Assembly: GCA_964595645.1 (NCBI GenBank)
Contig: CAZQQT010000004.1
Span: forward strand, 32,001-96,000
Source: an uncultured Thermococci archaeon
GTDB taxonomy: Archaea; Methanobacteriota_B; Thermococci; Methanofastidiosales; B48-G16
Reading direction: 5' to 3'
Length of the DNA stretch: 64,000 bases
Numbering within the stretch: position 1 is the stretch's first letter; each line of letters starts with the position of its first letter. A program made the position numbers and the translations under genes. The notes beneath the pieces are model-generated. The model was not told the DNA's origin. It was given only the letters and a program-made list of their open reading frames with translations, and ran no database searches. Below, piece by piece: positions 1-9,282 of this stretch.

Positions 1-1959
1 CAACTCCTGAGCAATTGCTCGATAGAGTGTCTCATTCACAAGAGAGGATTTTCCGGAACCGGAAACGCCCGTTACGCATACGAACACACCCAGTGGAATG
101 TTGACGGTGATATTTTTCAGATTGTTATGTTGTACATCCGTGATAGTCAGAAAGATACTTGAATTCCTCCTTTTTTCCGGTACGGGTATCTCCAGATCCC
201 CTTTCAGGTACTTGCCGGTGAGAGAATCTTCATTGTGTATAATCTCCTCCAGCGTCCCTTGCGCAACGACCTCTCCTCCATGAGCACCAGCGCCCGGCCC
301 CATATCAACAATATGATCAGCACTCCGGATCATGTTTTCGTCATGCTCTATCACAATCACCGTGTTGCCGATATCCCGCAGTCGCTTGAGCGTATGAATC
401 AATCGGGAGTTATCCCGCTGATGCAACCCAATGGTCGGCTCGTCGAGGATGTAAAGGACACCGACAAGCTTCGAACCTATTTGAGTAGCCAGCCGAATCC
501 GTTCCGCCTCTCCTCCGGAAAGTGTGGCGGACTTCCGTTCGAGAGAGAGATAATCGAGGCCCACAGATATCAAAAATTCTAACCTGTGCCGTATCTCCTT
601 TAATATCTGTTTTGCAATTACCTTTTCCCTTTCTGTAAGTGTTACCTGCTCAAAAAACTCATATAAATTTTTTATCGGCATTTCGGTTAACTCAATAATA
701 TTTTTTCCTTTTATAGTAATAGAAAGACTTTCTTTTTTCAGTCGTTTTCCGTGGCAGGAGGGACATGCTCTTTCACGCATGTATTTCCGTATTTTGTTCC
801 GAATACGCTCCGATGACGTCTCCTTGAACCTTCGCTCAAGATTTGTGATGACCCCTTCAAAGGTCCCTCTATACGTCCACGTAGAGTTCTCTCCATTGAA
901 GGAGAAATCCATTTCATTCTCAGTACCGTGGAGAAGTTCGTTCACAACTCGTTCGTCCATCTCCTCAATGGGGATGTCTACAGTGTAGCCGTGATTTTTC
1001 ACGACGGTTCTAAGTTTCTTCATGTAGTAACTATCCCTCTTGCTTCCCCACGCATCGATCGCACCTTCTGCAAGGGAGAGTGATCTATCGGGAATAATAA
1101 GATCAGGATCCACCTGGATCTTATATCCAAGTCCATTACATTCCTCACATGCACCAAAGGGTGAGTTAAAGGAGAAACTCCGTGGCTCTATCTCGCCGAA
1201 GCTAATCCCACAGTCAGGACAGGCGAACTCCTCACTGAAAAGATGTTCCTCGTTCTCCGTTGCGATAAGAACGAGTCCTTCTCCCATTTTCAATGCGAGC
1301 TCTACGGCATCGGCTATCCGTGTCTTCTCTACCTCTTTTTCCATAGTGATTCGATCAATTACCACCTCGATGGTGTGCTTCTTGTATTTATCCAACGAGA
1401 TCTCTTCATCGAGACGGCGGAGCGCTCCATCCACTCTCACTCGTGCGAATCCATCTTTCCGCAGTCGCTCAAATTCCTGCTTATACTCTCCCTTTTTTCC
1501 CCGGGCGATGGGTGCAAGGATCGTGGTTCTCCCGCTGAACTCAAGGGCGCTCTCAATGATCTGTTGCGATGTCTGTTGCCGTATTTCCTTCCCGCATTCG
1601 GGACAGTGGGGAATGCCTACCCGTGCAAAAAGAAGTCTGAGATAATCGTATATCTCTGTGACCGTTCCCACGGTAGACCGGGGGTTCTTGGAGATCCCCT
1701 TCTGCTCAATAGAGATAGAGGGTGAGAGTCCCTCGATATATTCAACATCGGGTTTCTCCATCTGCCCTAAAAACTGTCGGGCGTAGGCAGATAACGACTC
1801 AACGTACCGCCGCTGTCCCTCAGCATAGAGGGTGTCAAAGGCTAACGATGATTTCCCTGAACCGGAAACGCCCGTAATCACAGTAAGGGTCTCTCGTGGA
1901 AGTTCGAGATCGATGTTTTTGAGGTTGTGTTCTCGTGCACCTGCAATCTTGATACTCAT
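1..1959 (-). CDS. uvrA: Excinuclease ABC subunit A (5' part; runs off the window start)
   Basis: Not in ORF track. Manual translation from ATG at 1959: [72 protein letters not shown]; later LSGGE signature, LDEP Walker B and a second GVSGSGKS. Confidence 0.97.
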   Translation of the reverse strand, partial: MSIKIAGAREHNLKNIDLELPRETLTVITGVSGSGKSSLAFDTLYAEGQRRYVESLSAYARQFLGQMEKPDVEYIEGLSPSISIEQKGISKNPRSTVGTVTEIYDYLRLLFARVGIPHCPECGKEIRQQTSQQIIESALEFSGRTTILAPIARGKKGEYKQEFERLRKDGFARVRVDGALRRLDEEISLDKYKKHTIEVVIDRITMEKEVEKTRIADAVELALKMGEGLVLIATENEEHLFSEEFACPDCGISFGEIEPRSFSFNSPFGACEECNGLGYKIQVDPDLIIPDRSLSLAEGAIDAWGSKRDSYYMKKLRTVVKNHGYTVDIPIEEMDERVVNELLHGTENEMDFSFNGENSTWTYRGTFEGVITNLERRFKETSSERIRNKIRKYMRERACPSCHGKRLKKESLSITIKGKNIIELTEMPIKNLYEFFEQVTLTEREKVIAKQILKEIRHRLEFLISVGLDYLSLERKSATLSGGEAERIRLATQIGSKLVGVLYILDEPTIGLHQRDNSRLIHTLKRLRDIGNTVIVIEHDENMIRSADHIVDMGPGAGAHGGEVVAQGTLEEIIHNEDSLTGKYLKGDLEIPVPEKRRNSSIFLTITDVQHNNLKNITVNIPLGVFVCVTGVSGSGKSSLVNETLYRAIAQEL

Positions 1960-2019
1960 CGCTCCTCACTTCCACAATTCTACTTAAAAAGGTATGGAGA
2001 AAATTAAAAAGAAAGAAAT

Positions 2020-2526
2020 TTATAGCAATTTTACGTTTTCAAAGTGGGTAAAATCACAGTGGTGGATAATAATTCCTTCAGGTGTCCTTTTTATAAATTC
2101 TCCCTCCTTCGAATGGCCTGCAATCATGCTCACTACTTCCATAGGAAGATCAAACATCATTGCAAGACCTGCACCGGATACTGGGTGCCGTACGATCTCT
2201 CCTGCGTGGCTCTGTACAATGTTGCTTCCGCGCTTCTCATACTCGAGAAACTTCCCGATATCGTGGAGCAAGGCTCCTGCAGTAAGATAGTCCATGTTGA
2301 TATCGAATCCCCGCTGTTTCAGTACCTTTCCCATGTGGTAGCTGAGCTCGGTCACTGTATTGATATGTTCCACCAGGTTAATCTCTGTATCAACAAGAAG
2401 AGTAAATGGTATTTCGTTGATCTCCTCGTCGCTCCATTCTTTCATGGCGTGGGCCATTACCTTTTCTACCTTTTCTCTTAGATCAGTATCTTCGATTCTC
2501 TCCAAATACGGAAATCTTTCCTTCAT
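2020..2526 (-). CDS. HD/HDIG-domain phosphohydrolase, last gene of the citrate-lyase-like operon
   Basis: H...GALLHDIGK...H...H...D motif; 4-bp overlap with citF. Confidence 0.85.
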   Translation of the reverse strand: MKERFPYLERIEDTDLREKVEKVMAHAMKEWSDEEINEIPFTLLVDTEINLVEHINTVTELSYHMGKVLKQRGFDINMDYLTAGALLHDIGKFLEYEKRGSNIVQSHAGEIVRHPVSGAGLAMMFDLPMEVVSMIAGHSKEGEFIKRTPEGIIIHHCDFTHFENVKLL

Positions 2527-4055
2527 TCTTTCACCTCTCGTACAACGTCGATGACGCTGCCATCTCGGTACTGGATTACGCCGATGATCCTCTCCTTCTT
2601 CTCCGGTTTCTCCGGCTCTCCAGCAATACTGTAGGCTTCCTCCTGGAGGTCCTTGATATCCCTCACGCAGATGCCTGCCTTTTCACACCGTTTTCTGAGA
2701 TCCTTTCTCCGTGGGTTAACAGCCACACCGACATCCGTGACAACGACATCCACCACTTCCCCCGGTGTAGTAACAGTATCAACATCCTTCACAATCACCG
2801 GAATTCGTTTTCGCAGGAGGGGGACGGTGATAATAGTCATCTTTGCCCCGGAAGCCACATCCTGATGTCCACCGATGCCGTGAAGCAGTAGCCCATCCGA
2901 GTGTGTATTCACATTAACGTTAAAATCTGTATCTACCTCTGTAGCACCGAGAAAGGCAGCATCCTCCTGATATACAACACAGCCTCTGCTGTTGTAGTTT
3001 GCGTAGATGTTTGGATCGATAAGGTAGTGGTTAGGGTTCTTTTGCAAGGATTCTATTGCTGCCTGATCAAAACTTTGACCATCGACAATACACTTTATTC
3101 TGTCCTTCTCGAGGATGTCGACAAGGTACTTCGTGGTACCTCCGCAGGCAAAACTCCCCACAATATCTTCTTCCCCCATAGCTTCGCCGAGATACTTTGT
3201 GACCGCCAGCGATACACCGCCAGCTCCAGCTTGGAAGCTGAATCCATTCTTAAAAGACCCTGAAGCCTTTATCACATCTATAACTGTCCGTGCAATCTTC
3301 AGTCGTCGGGGTGAGCGCGTAATCCTCAGTGTCCCGGAAACAATACCACTAGGATCACCGATATTGTCCTCCAAAGCCACATGATCCACGTTTGTCTGTG
3401 ACACTGTCATGGGGAGAGCGGGATAGTCCACGAGGTTATTGGTGACTACAATCACCTTATCTGCATACAATGAGTCCGCGAGCGCATACACCAACGAACC
3501 GCACGGCGTTGGACCGTAGCGGCCGTTGGCATTCCCGTATCTATCTGCAGTGGATGCAACGATAAACGCCACATCAATATGTACCTCACCGGCCTCCACC
3601 GTTCGATATCGGTTTCCATGGGAACGCAGGATCCCAGGATGCGGTAGTATTCCATGAGAAACGGCATATCCTACGGGACCGTTCATGCTCCCCTCAATCC
3701 TGTTCACTACACCATTTTTTATGTGATCGACCACAGGCTCGTGGCAGGGAAATAGCGCAGAGGGGAAAAGACGGAGGTTCTTTATTCCAAAGTCTCTGCA
3801 GATATCTAGTACTCTGTTCACCAATACATCCCCGTTTCTGAATGCATGGTGGAACGAGATGGTCATGCCATCCTTCACATACTTTTTTACTGCCTCTTCA
3901 AGACCTATCAGTTTATCTTCTCCTGGTTTGCTCGTTTTTTTCACACGTCCGTAGTTATTTCCGGTAGGTATATGTTCAAAGGGACCTTTATAGTGCTTTA
4001 CCTTTCCGTATCCTTCAATCTTATCAGGTATATCTCTTCCAACAGCATTTTTCAT
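2523..4055 (-). CDS. citF: Citrate (or citramalate) lyase alpha subunit, CoA/ACP transferase
   Basis: MKNAVGR start, GMTISFHHAFRNGD, RSHG, SFQAGAGG, GGHQD, TTPGEVVDVVVTD motifs. Confidence 0.93.
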   Translation of the reverse strand: MKNAVGRDIPDKIEGYGKVKHYKGPFEHIPTGNNYGRVKKTSKPGEDKLIGLEEAVKKYVKDGMTISFHHAFRNGDVLVNRVLDICRDFGIKNLRLFPSALFPCHEPVVDHIKNGVVNRIEGSMNGPVGYAVSHGILPHPGILRSHGNRYRTVEAGEVHIDVAFIVASTADRYGNANGRYGPTPCGSLVYALADSLYADKVIVVTNNLVDYPALPMTVSQTNVDHVALEDNIGDPSGIVSGTLRITRSPRRLKIARTVIDVIKASGSFKNGFSFQAGAGGVSLAVTKYLGEAMGEEDIVGSFACGGTTKYLVDILEKDRIKCIVDGQSFDQAAIESLQKNPNHYLIDPNIYANYNSRGCVVYQEDAAFLGATEVDTDFNVNVNTHSDGLLLHGIGGHQDVASGAKMTIITVPLLRKRIPVIVKDVDTVTTPGEVVDVVVTDVGVAVNPRRKDLRKRCEKAGICVRDIKDLQEEAYSIAGEPEKPEKKERIIGVIQYRDGSVIDVVREVKE

Positions 4056-5183
4056 CTATCTCCCCTCGTATAAGTCTATTATTTTTTGGGCTCGTTTCGC
4101 CACAGGAAGATCCACCATTCTTCCATCGACACGGGTCACACCCTCCGATTTTTCAAAGGATTCAACCATTTTTTTTGCTTCGTTATACTCCTCACGAGAC
4201 GGTGTAAACACCTTATGGATAACCAGTGCCTGCCGTGGATGGATAATACCCTTTCCATCGTACCCCATCTCCTTTATCATCTGCGTTTCCTTCTCCAGAC
4301 CTTCTTCATCATTCACATCGGGGAAGACGGTATCCAGTGCGTGGATTCCACATGCCTTCGCCGCATTCAGTATGCGTGATCGCAGGTAGAAAAGAGAGCT
4401 GTCATTCCGCTGACCGCCGACGCCTGCGAGATAGTCCTCTGCTCCAAAGGTAAGTGCAGTCACTCGCTTGTAGGATGCGATCTCAAAAGCGTTCTCCACG
4501 CCTCTCGCACTCTCGATGATGGGAACAATCATCACCTCGTTATCCTTCTCATACTGTGCTTCGTACCGTTCAATGACTTGCACAACAGTCTCTATTTCTT
4601 TCCTCGTGTCTACCTTCGGTAGAAGAATAGTATCCACATTCGTCTTCAAGATCTCTTTAAGGTCTTCTTTCCCGATTGGAAATGGATTAATCCGTACCAT
4701 AATCTCTTGTGAATAATTAAGTGTGTGAAGTGCATTTCTCACAAGTATTCGTGCATCTTGTTTATTATCAGGGCTGACTGAGTCCTCCAGATCAAGAATG
4801 ACACAATCACAATCAAATATCGTTCCGTCAAACAACAGTTTAGGATCGTTTCCGGGAAGATAAAGTCGTGTTCTCCGCAGTGTTGTGTCTTTTTTCTTTC
4901 CTCGATCAGTGACAATATTCTCTATCTCTGCGCCTGCCTTTAGAAGTGCAGACTCTATTCGTGCGGCAATCGTGAAATCATGAGCACTTTTATCGATCAC
5001 AGTGATAGTTCCACGACTCACCCCCAGATCCTCCAGTGTCCTCTCCACAGTACGCCGTATCGCCTTTCCGTAGAGTTTTTCAACCTTGCTGGTTACGGTA
5101 ATGGTCAGTTCCTCAGGCGCAAGATCAACCTCCACCCAACAGTCTGCCTTTCCTTTGGTGCCCGAAACTCCTACGCTGTTCAT
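4056..5183 (-). CDS. citE: Fusion of a CitD-like (ACP, gamma) domain and CitE (citryl-CoA lyase, beta)
   Basis: N-terminal ~85 aa CitD-like (SKVEKLYGKAIRRTV...DKSAHDFTIAARIE); C-terminal RRTRLYLPGN, LDLEDSV, IIESA, GAEDY, GKGIIHP, GRMVDLPV. Confidence 0.9.
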   Translation of the reverse strand: MNSVGVSGTKGKADCWVEVDLAPEELTITVTSKVEKLYGKAIRRTVERTLEDLGVSRGTITVIDKSAHDFTIAARIESALLKAGAEIENIVTDRGKKKDTTLRRTRLYLPGNDPKLLFDGTIFDCDCVILDLEDSVSPDNKQDARILVRNALHTLNYSQEIMVRINPFPIGKEDLKEILKTNVDTILLPKVDTRKEIETVVQVIERYEAQYEKDNEVMIVPIIESARGVENAFEIASYKRVTALTFGAEDYLAGVGGQRNDSSLFYLRSRILNAAKACGIHALDTVFPDVNDEEGLEKETQMIKEMGYDGKGIIHPRQALVIHKVFTPSREEYNEAKKMVESFEKSEGVTRVDGRMVDLPVAKRAQKIIDLYEGR

Positions 5184-5319
5184 ATAACCTCCTCAATTTT
5201 CACACGATAGTATAGAATGATCGGTTATAAATAGCTTTTTGTTATGAGATCTTCTGTTTCATCATTCGTCTCAAAAAGAAATATATAGATCAAAACAAAG
5301 AGGGTAGTGGTGAAGGACT

Positions 5320-6108
5320 ATGGAAATAGATCTGGAAGGAAAGCGTGCCTTTGTGACGGCATCCTCGAGGGGTATTGGATTTGGAGTGGCCAAAGTGCTG
5401 GCAAAGAGTGGAGCGAATATTGTATTACTCTCCAGGACTGAAGAGAATCTACAAAGAGCCCAGGAAAAACTGCGTAAACTTACAGGGAAAAAACCACATT
5501 ATATCGTTGCAGATCTGTCGATCCGCGAAGATCTCGAGAGAACGATGAAAGATCTCAATGATGCTGGTACTATAGATATCTTCTTTTTCTCCACGGGCGG
5601 ACCAAAACCAGGCTATTTCGCAGAGATGGAAATGGGTGAGTGGGAACATGCTGTTGATCTCTTACTCTACCCTGCTGTGTATCTCGCAAAGAACCTGCTT
5701 CCCAGCATGAAAAAGAGAAAGTGGGGACGAATCATCTACTCCACCAGTATTGCCATTAAAGAACCGATCCCGAATATCGCATTGAGCAATGTAGTACGAA
5801 TCTCCCTCGCTGGACTGGTTCGAACATTGGCAAAAGAAGTAGGAAAAAAGGGAATTACAGTAAATGGGATCATGCCGGGAATGATCAAGACAAATAGAAT
5901 CATGCAACTGGCCCAAGACACCGCAGAACGGGAGGGAAAAACACAAGAAGAAGTATTAAAAGAGTACGCAGAGCGTAATCCTTCCGGGAAAATTGGAAAA
6001 CCAGAGGATATGGGATATCTTGCCGCTTTCTTGGCAAGTGACCTCGCCGCCCATATCAACGGAGCGATGATACCAGTAGATGGTGGAGAACTGGACTCCG
6101 TCTTTTAA
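5320..6108 (+). CDS. SDR family oxidoreductase (atypical SxxxR catalytic motif)
   Basis: TASSRGIG Rossmann motif, SNVVR in place of YxxxK, C-terminal PVDGG. Confidence 0.9.
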   Translation: MEIDLEGKRAFVTASSRGIGFGVAKVLAKSGANIVLLSRTEENLQRAQEKLRKLTGKKPHYIVADLSIREDLERTMKDLNDAGTIDIFFFSTGGPKPGYFAEMEMGEWEHAVDLLLYPAVYLAKNLLPSMKKRKWGRIIYSTSIAIKEPIPNIALSNVVRISLAGLVRTLAKEVGKKGITVNGIMPGMIKTNRIMQLAQDTAEREGKTQEEVLKEYAERNPSGKIGKPEDMGYLAAFLASDLAAHINGAMIPVDGGELDSVF

Positions 6109-6125
6109 TGGTACTGGACAAAAAT

Positions 6126-6743
6126 CTATTGTTTGAGATCTATCTCCCATGTTGCCGTAGACTTATCTCTATATTCATTTACTAATATGAATTTTTTAAA
6201 TAAATATCTGCTCGATTTGAACTCCCAGAGTACTCGTCGCGACTCGTAAGGTGCAAGGACAATAGGAAGTTCCACAGGGGTTTTTTCTACTTTAAGTTGT
6301 GAGTATTCATACCGTACTGCAAACTCTGTGCCTTCTGCATCTATTACTTTTATTTCTATAGGGTTAAAGAGGAGCTCCTCTCTTGAAATATTCTGAAAAT
6401 ACACATCAACCCAGTATCCATCTGTATCTGATTGTAGTATATGGCGTACTACGAAATAGAGTCCTCCCTCTTTCAATACTTCATCTATTTCACCTCGTAT
6501 GGTGATGTGAGTAGGTGTGGGGGGAGAAGTGGTTGTGGAAGGAAGACTAGAAGAAGGTGGTGAAGATGGTGGTGAGGTAGGGCTCGAGGTCGTTGTAGGT
6601 ACAGAGGATGAAGTCGATGGTGTCGTGGTGGCTATCGGTGGAGATGACTGAGGAGGCGTAGCTCTATCCACAAAAATCACATACAGCGAACCGATCACCA
6701 GTATTGTCCCTACCGCAGCAACAGCTAAAATTTTTGGATCCAT
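6126..6743 (-). CDS. Membrane-anchored protein with Ser/Thr/Pro linker and a small beta-rich (DUF4352-like) domain
   Basis: N-terminal TM helix, ~50-aa S/T/P-rich linker, beta-rich C-terminus. Confidence 0.65.
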   Translation of the reverse strand: MDPKILAVAAVGTILVIGSLYVIFVDRATPPQSSPPIATTTPSTSSSVPTTTSSPTSPPSSPPSSSLPSTTTSPPTPTHITIRGEIDEVLKEGGLYFVVRHILQSDTDGYWVDVYFQNISREELLFNPIEIKVIDAEGTEFAVRYEYSQLKVEKTPVELPIVLAPYESRRVLWEFKSSRYLFKKFILVNEYRDKSTATWEIDLKQ

Positions 6744-6747
6744 AACA

Positions 6748-6996
6748 TTACATTTTCTTTTTTATAATTTTTAAGAAGTTCAGCAGTATGAAAAGCCCAA
6801 ACAGGAGGACAGAAATAACAGAATATACTCCCAATCGAAGTACCTCCTCCCAGAACAAATTTAGCAGTATAAGTGCAATTATGAGCACTATAGGTATCCA
6901 GAGCCACTGCGATACCGCGGGTTCTGGCTCAATGGGTTCCATCTCCTCCGGTTTTCTCGGGGGCTTGAACTCCATCTCTTCTATTTCTCTCATCAC
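6748..6996 (-). CDS. Small two-TM membrane protein
   Basis: Two hydrophobic segments, basic C-terminus, 4 bp upstream of the next gene. Confidence 0.6.
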   Translation of the reverse strand: MMREIEEMEFKPPRKPEEMEPIEPEPAVSQWLWIPIVLIIALILLNLFWEEVLRLGVYSVISVLLFGLFILLNFLKIIKKKM

Positions 6997-7057
6997 ATAT
7001 CCCTCAGAGCCCTAATATTTAACTTTTTCTATGAAGAAGAAAAAAGAAAGACAAAGG

Positions 7058-8203
7058 TTAATGTTCCCAGAGACCAATATTTCTTAGGAATTCCCTACTG
7101 TACGATCTGTCCATCATCATCCCTTTATGCTGGTACAGCCTCCTCTCCAGATGATCGAGCGTCAGGTAAAAGGCGTCTTGGGGACTCAGTCCGTTATCTC
7201 TAGCCACAAAGACACCACCTTCTGTTCCCAGTCTGATTCTACAGTTGAATACATCCTGCCCCTGAGAAGTCTCCCGTATTTTTTTAAAGTACACGAACAC
7301 ATCCCCACTTTTCAATATCTTCGCATACTTCTGAAGAACTTTTTCGAGGTGTTCGAGCATTTCTTCTCTATCAACAATCTCTTCAAGACCGGAAAAGGTA
7401 ATATAAAATCCTTTTCCTGTTCTAGGGACTGATATCTGCTCTAAAAAGTCTTTACCTGTAACAATTCCTCTAATGTTGTTTTTTTCTGTGATAGTGACAT
7501 ATGTTGATCCTCTAGAAAGCATTTTTTCTATTACTTCTTTAATTTTAGCTCCCGTCTCTATTTTCTCTACTCTAGTGCTCATGAGTTTTCTTGCAGGTAT
7601 ATCAAGACGAGAAAGCTTTTCACCAATGTATGTCCCCTCTTCTATCGAATCCAATGGAGCCACTACTTTTCTCAAGACATCGAACATTCGAATAATACCA
7701 ACAAGATCCTTTTTCTCATCTATCACCGGTAGGTGTGAGATATTGTGTTCATGGAGAATATTAATTATTTTGGCCAAAGGATCTTCTTCATGGACAAGGA
7801 TGAGATCCTGTGTCATTACATCATCGATCTTTTTTTCGCCAAGTTCCTTCTGTATTACCTTTTTCAAGATAGTATCCTGATCGACCACACCGATCATTTT
7901 TCCATTGTCGAAGACAGGGAGATTTTTTATATTGTTTTCTATCATGAGTTTCGAAATTTTCACCAGATTTGTATCGGGAGAAATTTTTGGAACTGAAAAT
8001 AAAAATTTTTTAACCTTTGTTTTTGGTTCTATTCTCGATCGTATTACCTTTCTATCAAGAAGGACACCTTTAAACTCTTTACCTTTGAAAACATAGAGTA
8101 CATTTCTATTCTTAAACTTTCGAATTACATCCTTGATAGGTGCACTATAATTAATCGTTTCGAAATCATTCGATACTATCTCTTTAGCTTGTATATTTTC
8201 CAT
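7058..8203 (-). CDS. 4xCBS + C-terminal HPF/RaiA-like domain; putative archaeal ribosome hibernation factor
   Basis: Two CBS pairs (IKNLPV, ISHLPV); C-terminal ~100 aa with beta-alpha-beta-beta-beta-alpha pattern ending AFYLTLDHLERRL. Confidence 0.75.
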   Translation of the reverse strand: MENIQAKEIVSNDFETINYSAPIKDVIRKFKNRNVLYVFKGKEFKGVLLDRKVIRSRIEPKTKVKKFLFSVPKISPDTNLVKISKLMIENNIKNLPVFDNGKMIGVVDQDTILKKVIQKELGEKKIDDVMTQDLILVHEEDPLAKIINILHEHNISHLPVIDEKKDLVGIIRMFDVLRKVVAPLDSIEEGTYIGEKLSRLDIPARKLMSTRVEKIETGAKIKEVIEKMLSRGSTYVTITEKNNIRGIVTGKDFLEQISVPRTGKGFYITFSGLEEIVDREEMLEHLEKVLQKYAKILKSGDVFVYFKKIRETSQGQDVFNCRIRLGTEGGVFVARDNGLSPQDAFYLTLDHLERRLYQHKGMMMDRSYSREFLRNIGLWEH

Positions 8204-8246
8204 TTTTCCACCTCAAAAAAGAAAAGAAAGGAAAAAAGAGGAATTT

Positions 8247-8702
8247 TCATTCAATTTCGATTTTCTTTTTGGTGGAGATATCCTCAGGCCTTTTTGGCAT
8301 TGTTATCTCCAAGACACCATTGTTATACTTTGCTTTTATCTTGTCCTCTTCCACCTCTACAGGGAGAGGTATCGTTCTGTAATACCCTGCATAGCCTCTC
8401 TCCTGGTAGAAGTATCCTTCCTTTTCTTCTGTTTTTACTTTTCTTTTTGAAGCTTTTATAGTTAATGTGTTGTCTCCAAGATCTACATCAATATTCTCCT
8501 TGTCAACACCCGGAAGCTCGACCTGTACCAGGAGTTCATTGCCTTTATCTATGACATCAAGTGGTGGTTCTCTGTAGTTCGCCGGCCTTATTTCTCTTCC
8601 ACCCTCCTCTCTACCAGAAGTGAGAGGGGGTCTGGAGTAGAAATCACTGAACATCCGATCCATTTCCCTTTGCATTCTCCGTATTTCGTCAAATATATCC
8701 AT
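8247..8702 (-). CDS. hsp20: Small heat shock protein Hsp20
   Basis: ELPGVDKENIDV, ER.Y..YYRTIPLP, AKYNNGVLEITMPK, C-terminal IEI (IxI) motif. Confidence 0.96.
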   Translation of the reverse strand: MDIFDEIRRMQREMDRMFSDFYSRPPLTSGREEGGREIRPANYREPPLDVIDKGNELLVQVELPGVDKENIDVDLGDNTLTIKASKRKVKTEEKEGYFYQERGYAGYYRTIPLPVEVEEDKIKAKYNNGVLEITMPKRPEDISTKKKIEIE

Positions 8703-8810
8703 AGTTAGATCACCTCTTTTAACTTTTTTAATACCTTATTGTGATCCATCATTTAAAAATCTTTTGGTGCAGTATGTTATGGATATAACTAAATCTTACT
8801 ATCATTGATT

Positions 8811-8836
8811 AAAAGGTTTACCGAAAACTTTTTAAA
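8811..8836 (+). promoter_or_regulatory. BRE/TATA promoter of the HTH-cdc48 operon, overlapped by an imperfect inverted repeat
   Basis: GAAAACTTTTTAAA at 8823-8836; AAAAGGTTT-accg-AAAACTTTT at 8811-8832. Confidence 0.5.
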
Positions 8837-8856
8837 GGCGGTCCTCACACTACTAC

Positions 8857-9282
8857 GTGAGAACTATGCCGAGGTTCAAAATCGTAATCAAGGATGAGGA
8901 ACTTCCCTTCGAAAGAGATGTGGATAAGTACATAAAATTCCTGTGCAAAGTGTTGGGACTGACCACGGGAAGAGATACGCAGGAGACCTCGTGTAAGGTT
9001 CTTAAGAAGATAATTGTGTATTCCAGTAACAAAGGTGTGACCTGCACAAAGGAAATCTGTGAAGACATAGGTATGAGCAGAGGTGCGGTGGTCAATCAGA
9101 TAAACAAGATGATTAAAGCTGGAATACTTAGAAAAGAAGGAAATTATTACGTTTTGAGAAGGAAAAATTTGCTCAGAACGATTTTAGAAATACGAAGAGA
9201 CACGTTACGTATGTTTGAAAGAATAGAAGAAATAGCTAAAGAATTAGATGAAGAAATGGGATTACCCAAAGAAAAGAGGTGA
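8857..9282 (+). CDS. Winged-HTH transcriptional regulator, co-transcribed with cdc48
   Basis: TKEICEDIGMSRGAVVNQINKMIKAGIL HTH; 4-bp overlap with cdc48. Confidence 0.85.
   Translation: MRTMPRFKIVIKDEELPFERDVDKYIKFLCKVLGLTTGRDTQETSCKVLKKIIVYSSNKGVTCTKEICEDIGMSRGAVVNQINKMIKAGILRKEGNYYVLRRKNLLRTILEIRRDTLRMFERIEEIAKELDEEMGLPKEKR

Noticed and set aside
98-1725. Several plus-strand ORFs of up to 201 aa
   Set aside because: Antisense shadows of uvrA
8703-8856. Known Phr or HSR1 heat-shock boxes
   Set aside because: No exact CTAAC-N5-GTTAG or Phr consensus; only weaker inverted repeats
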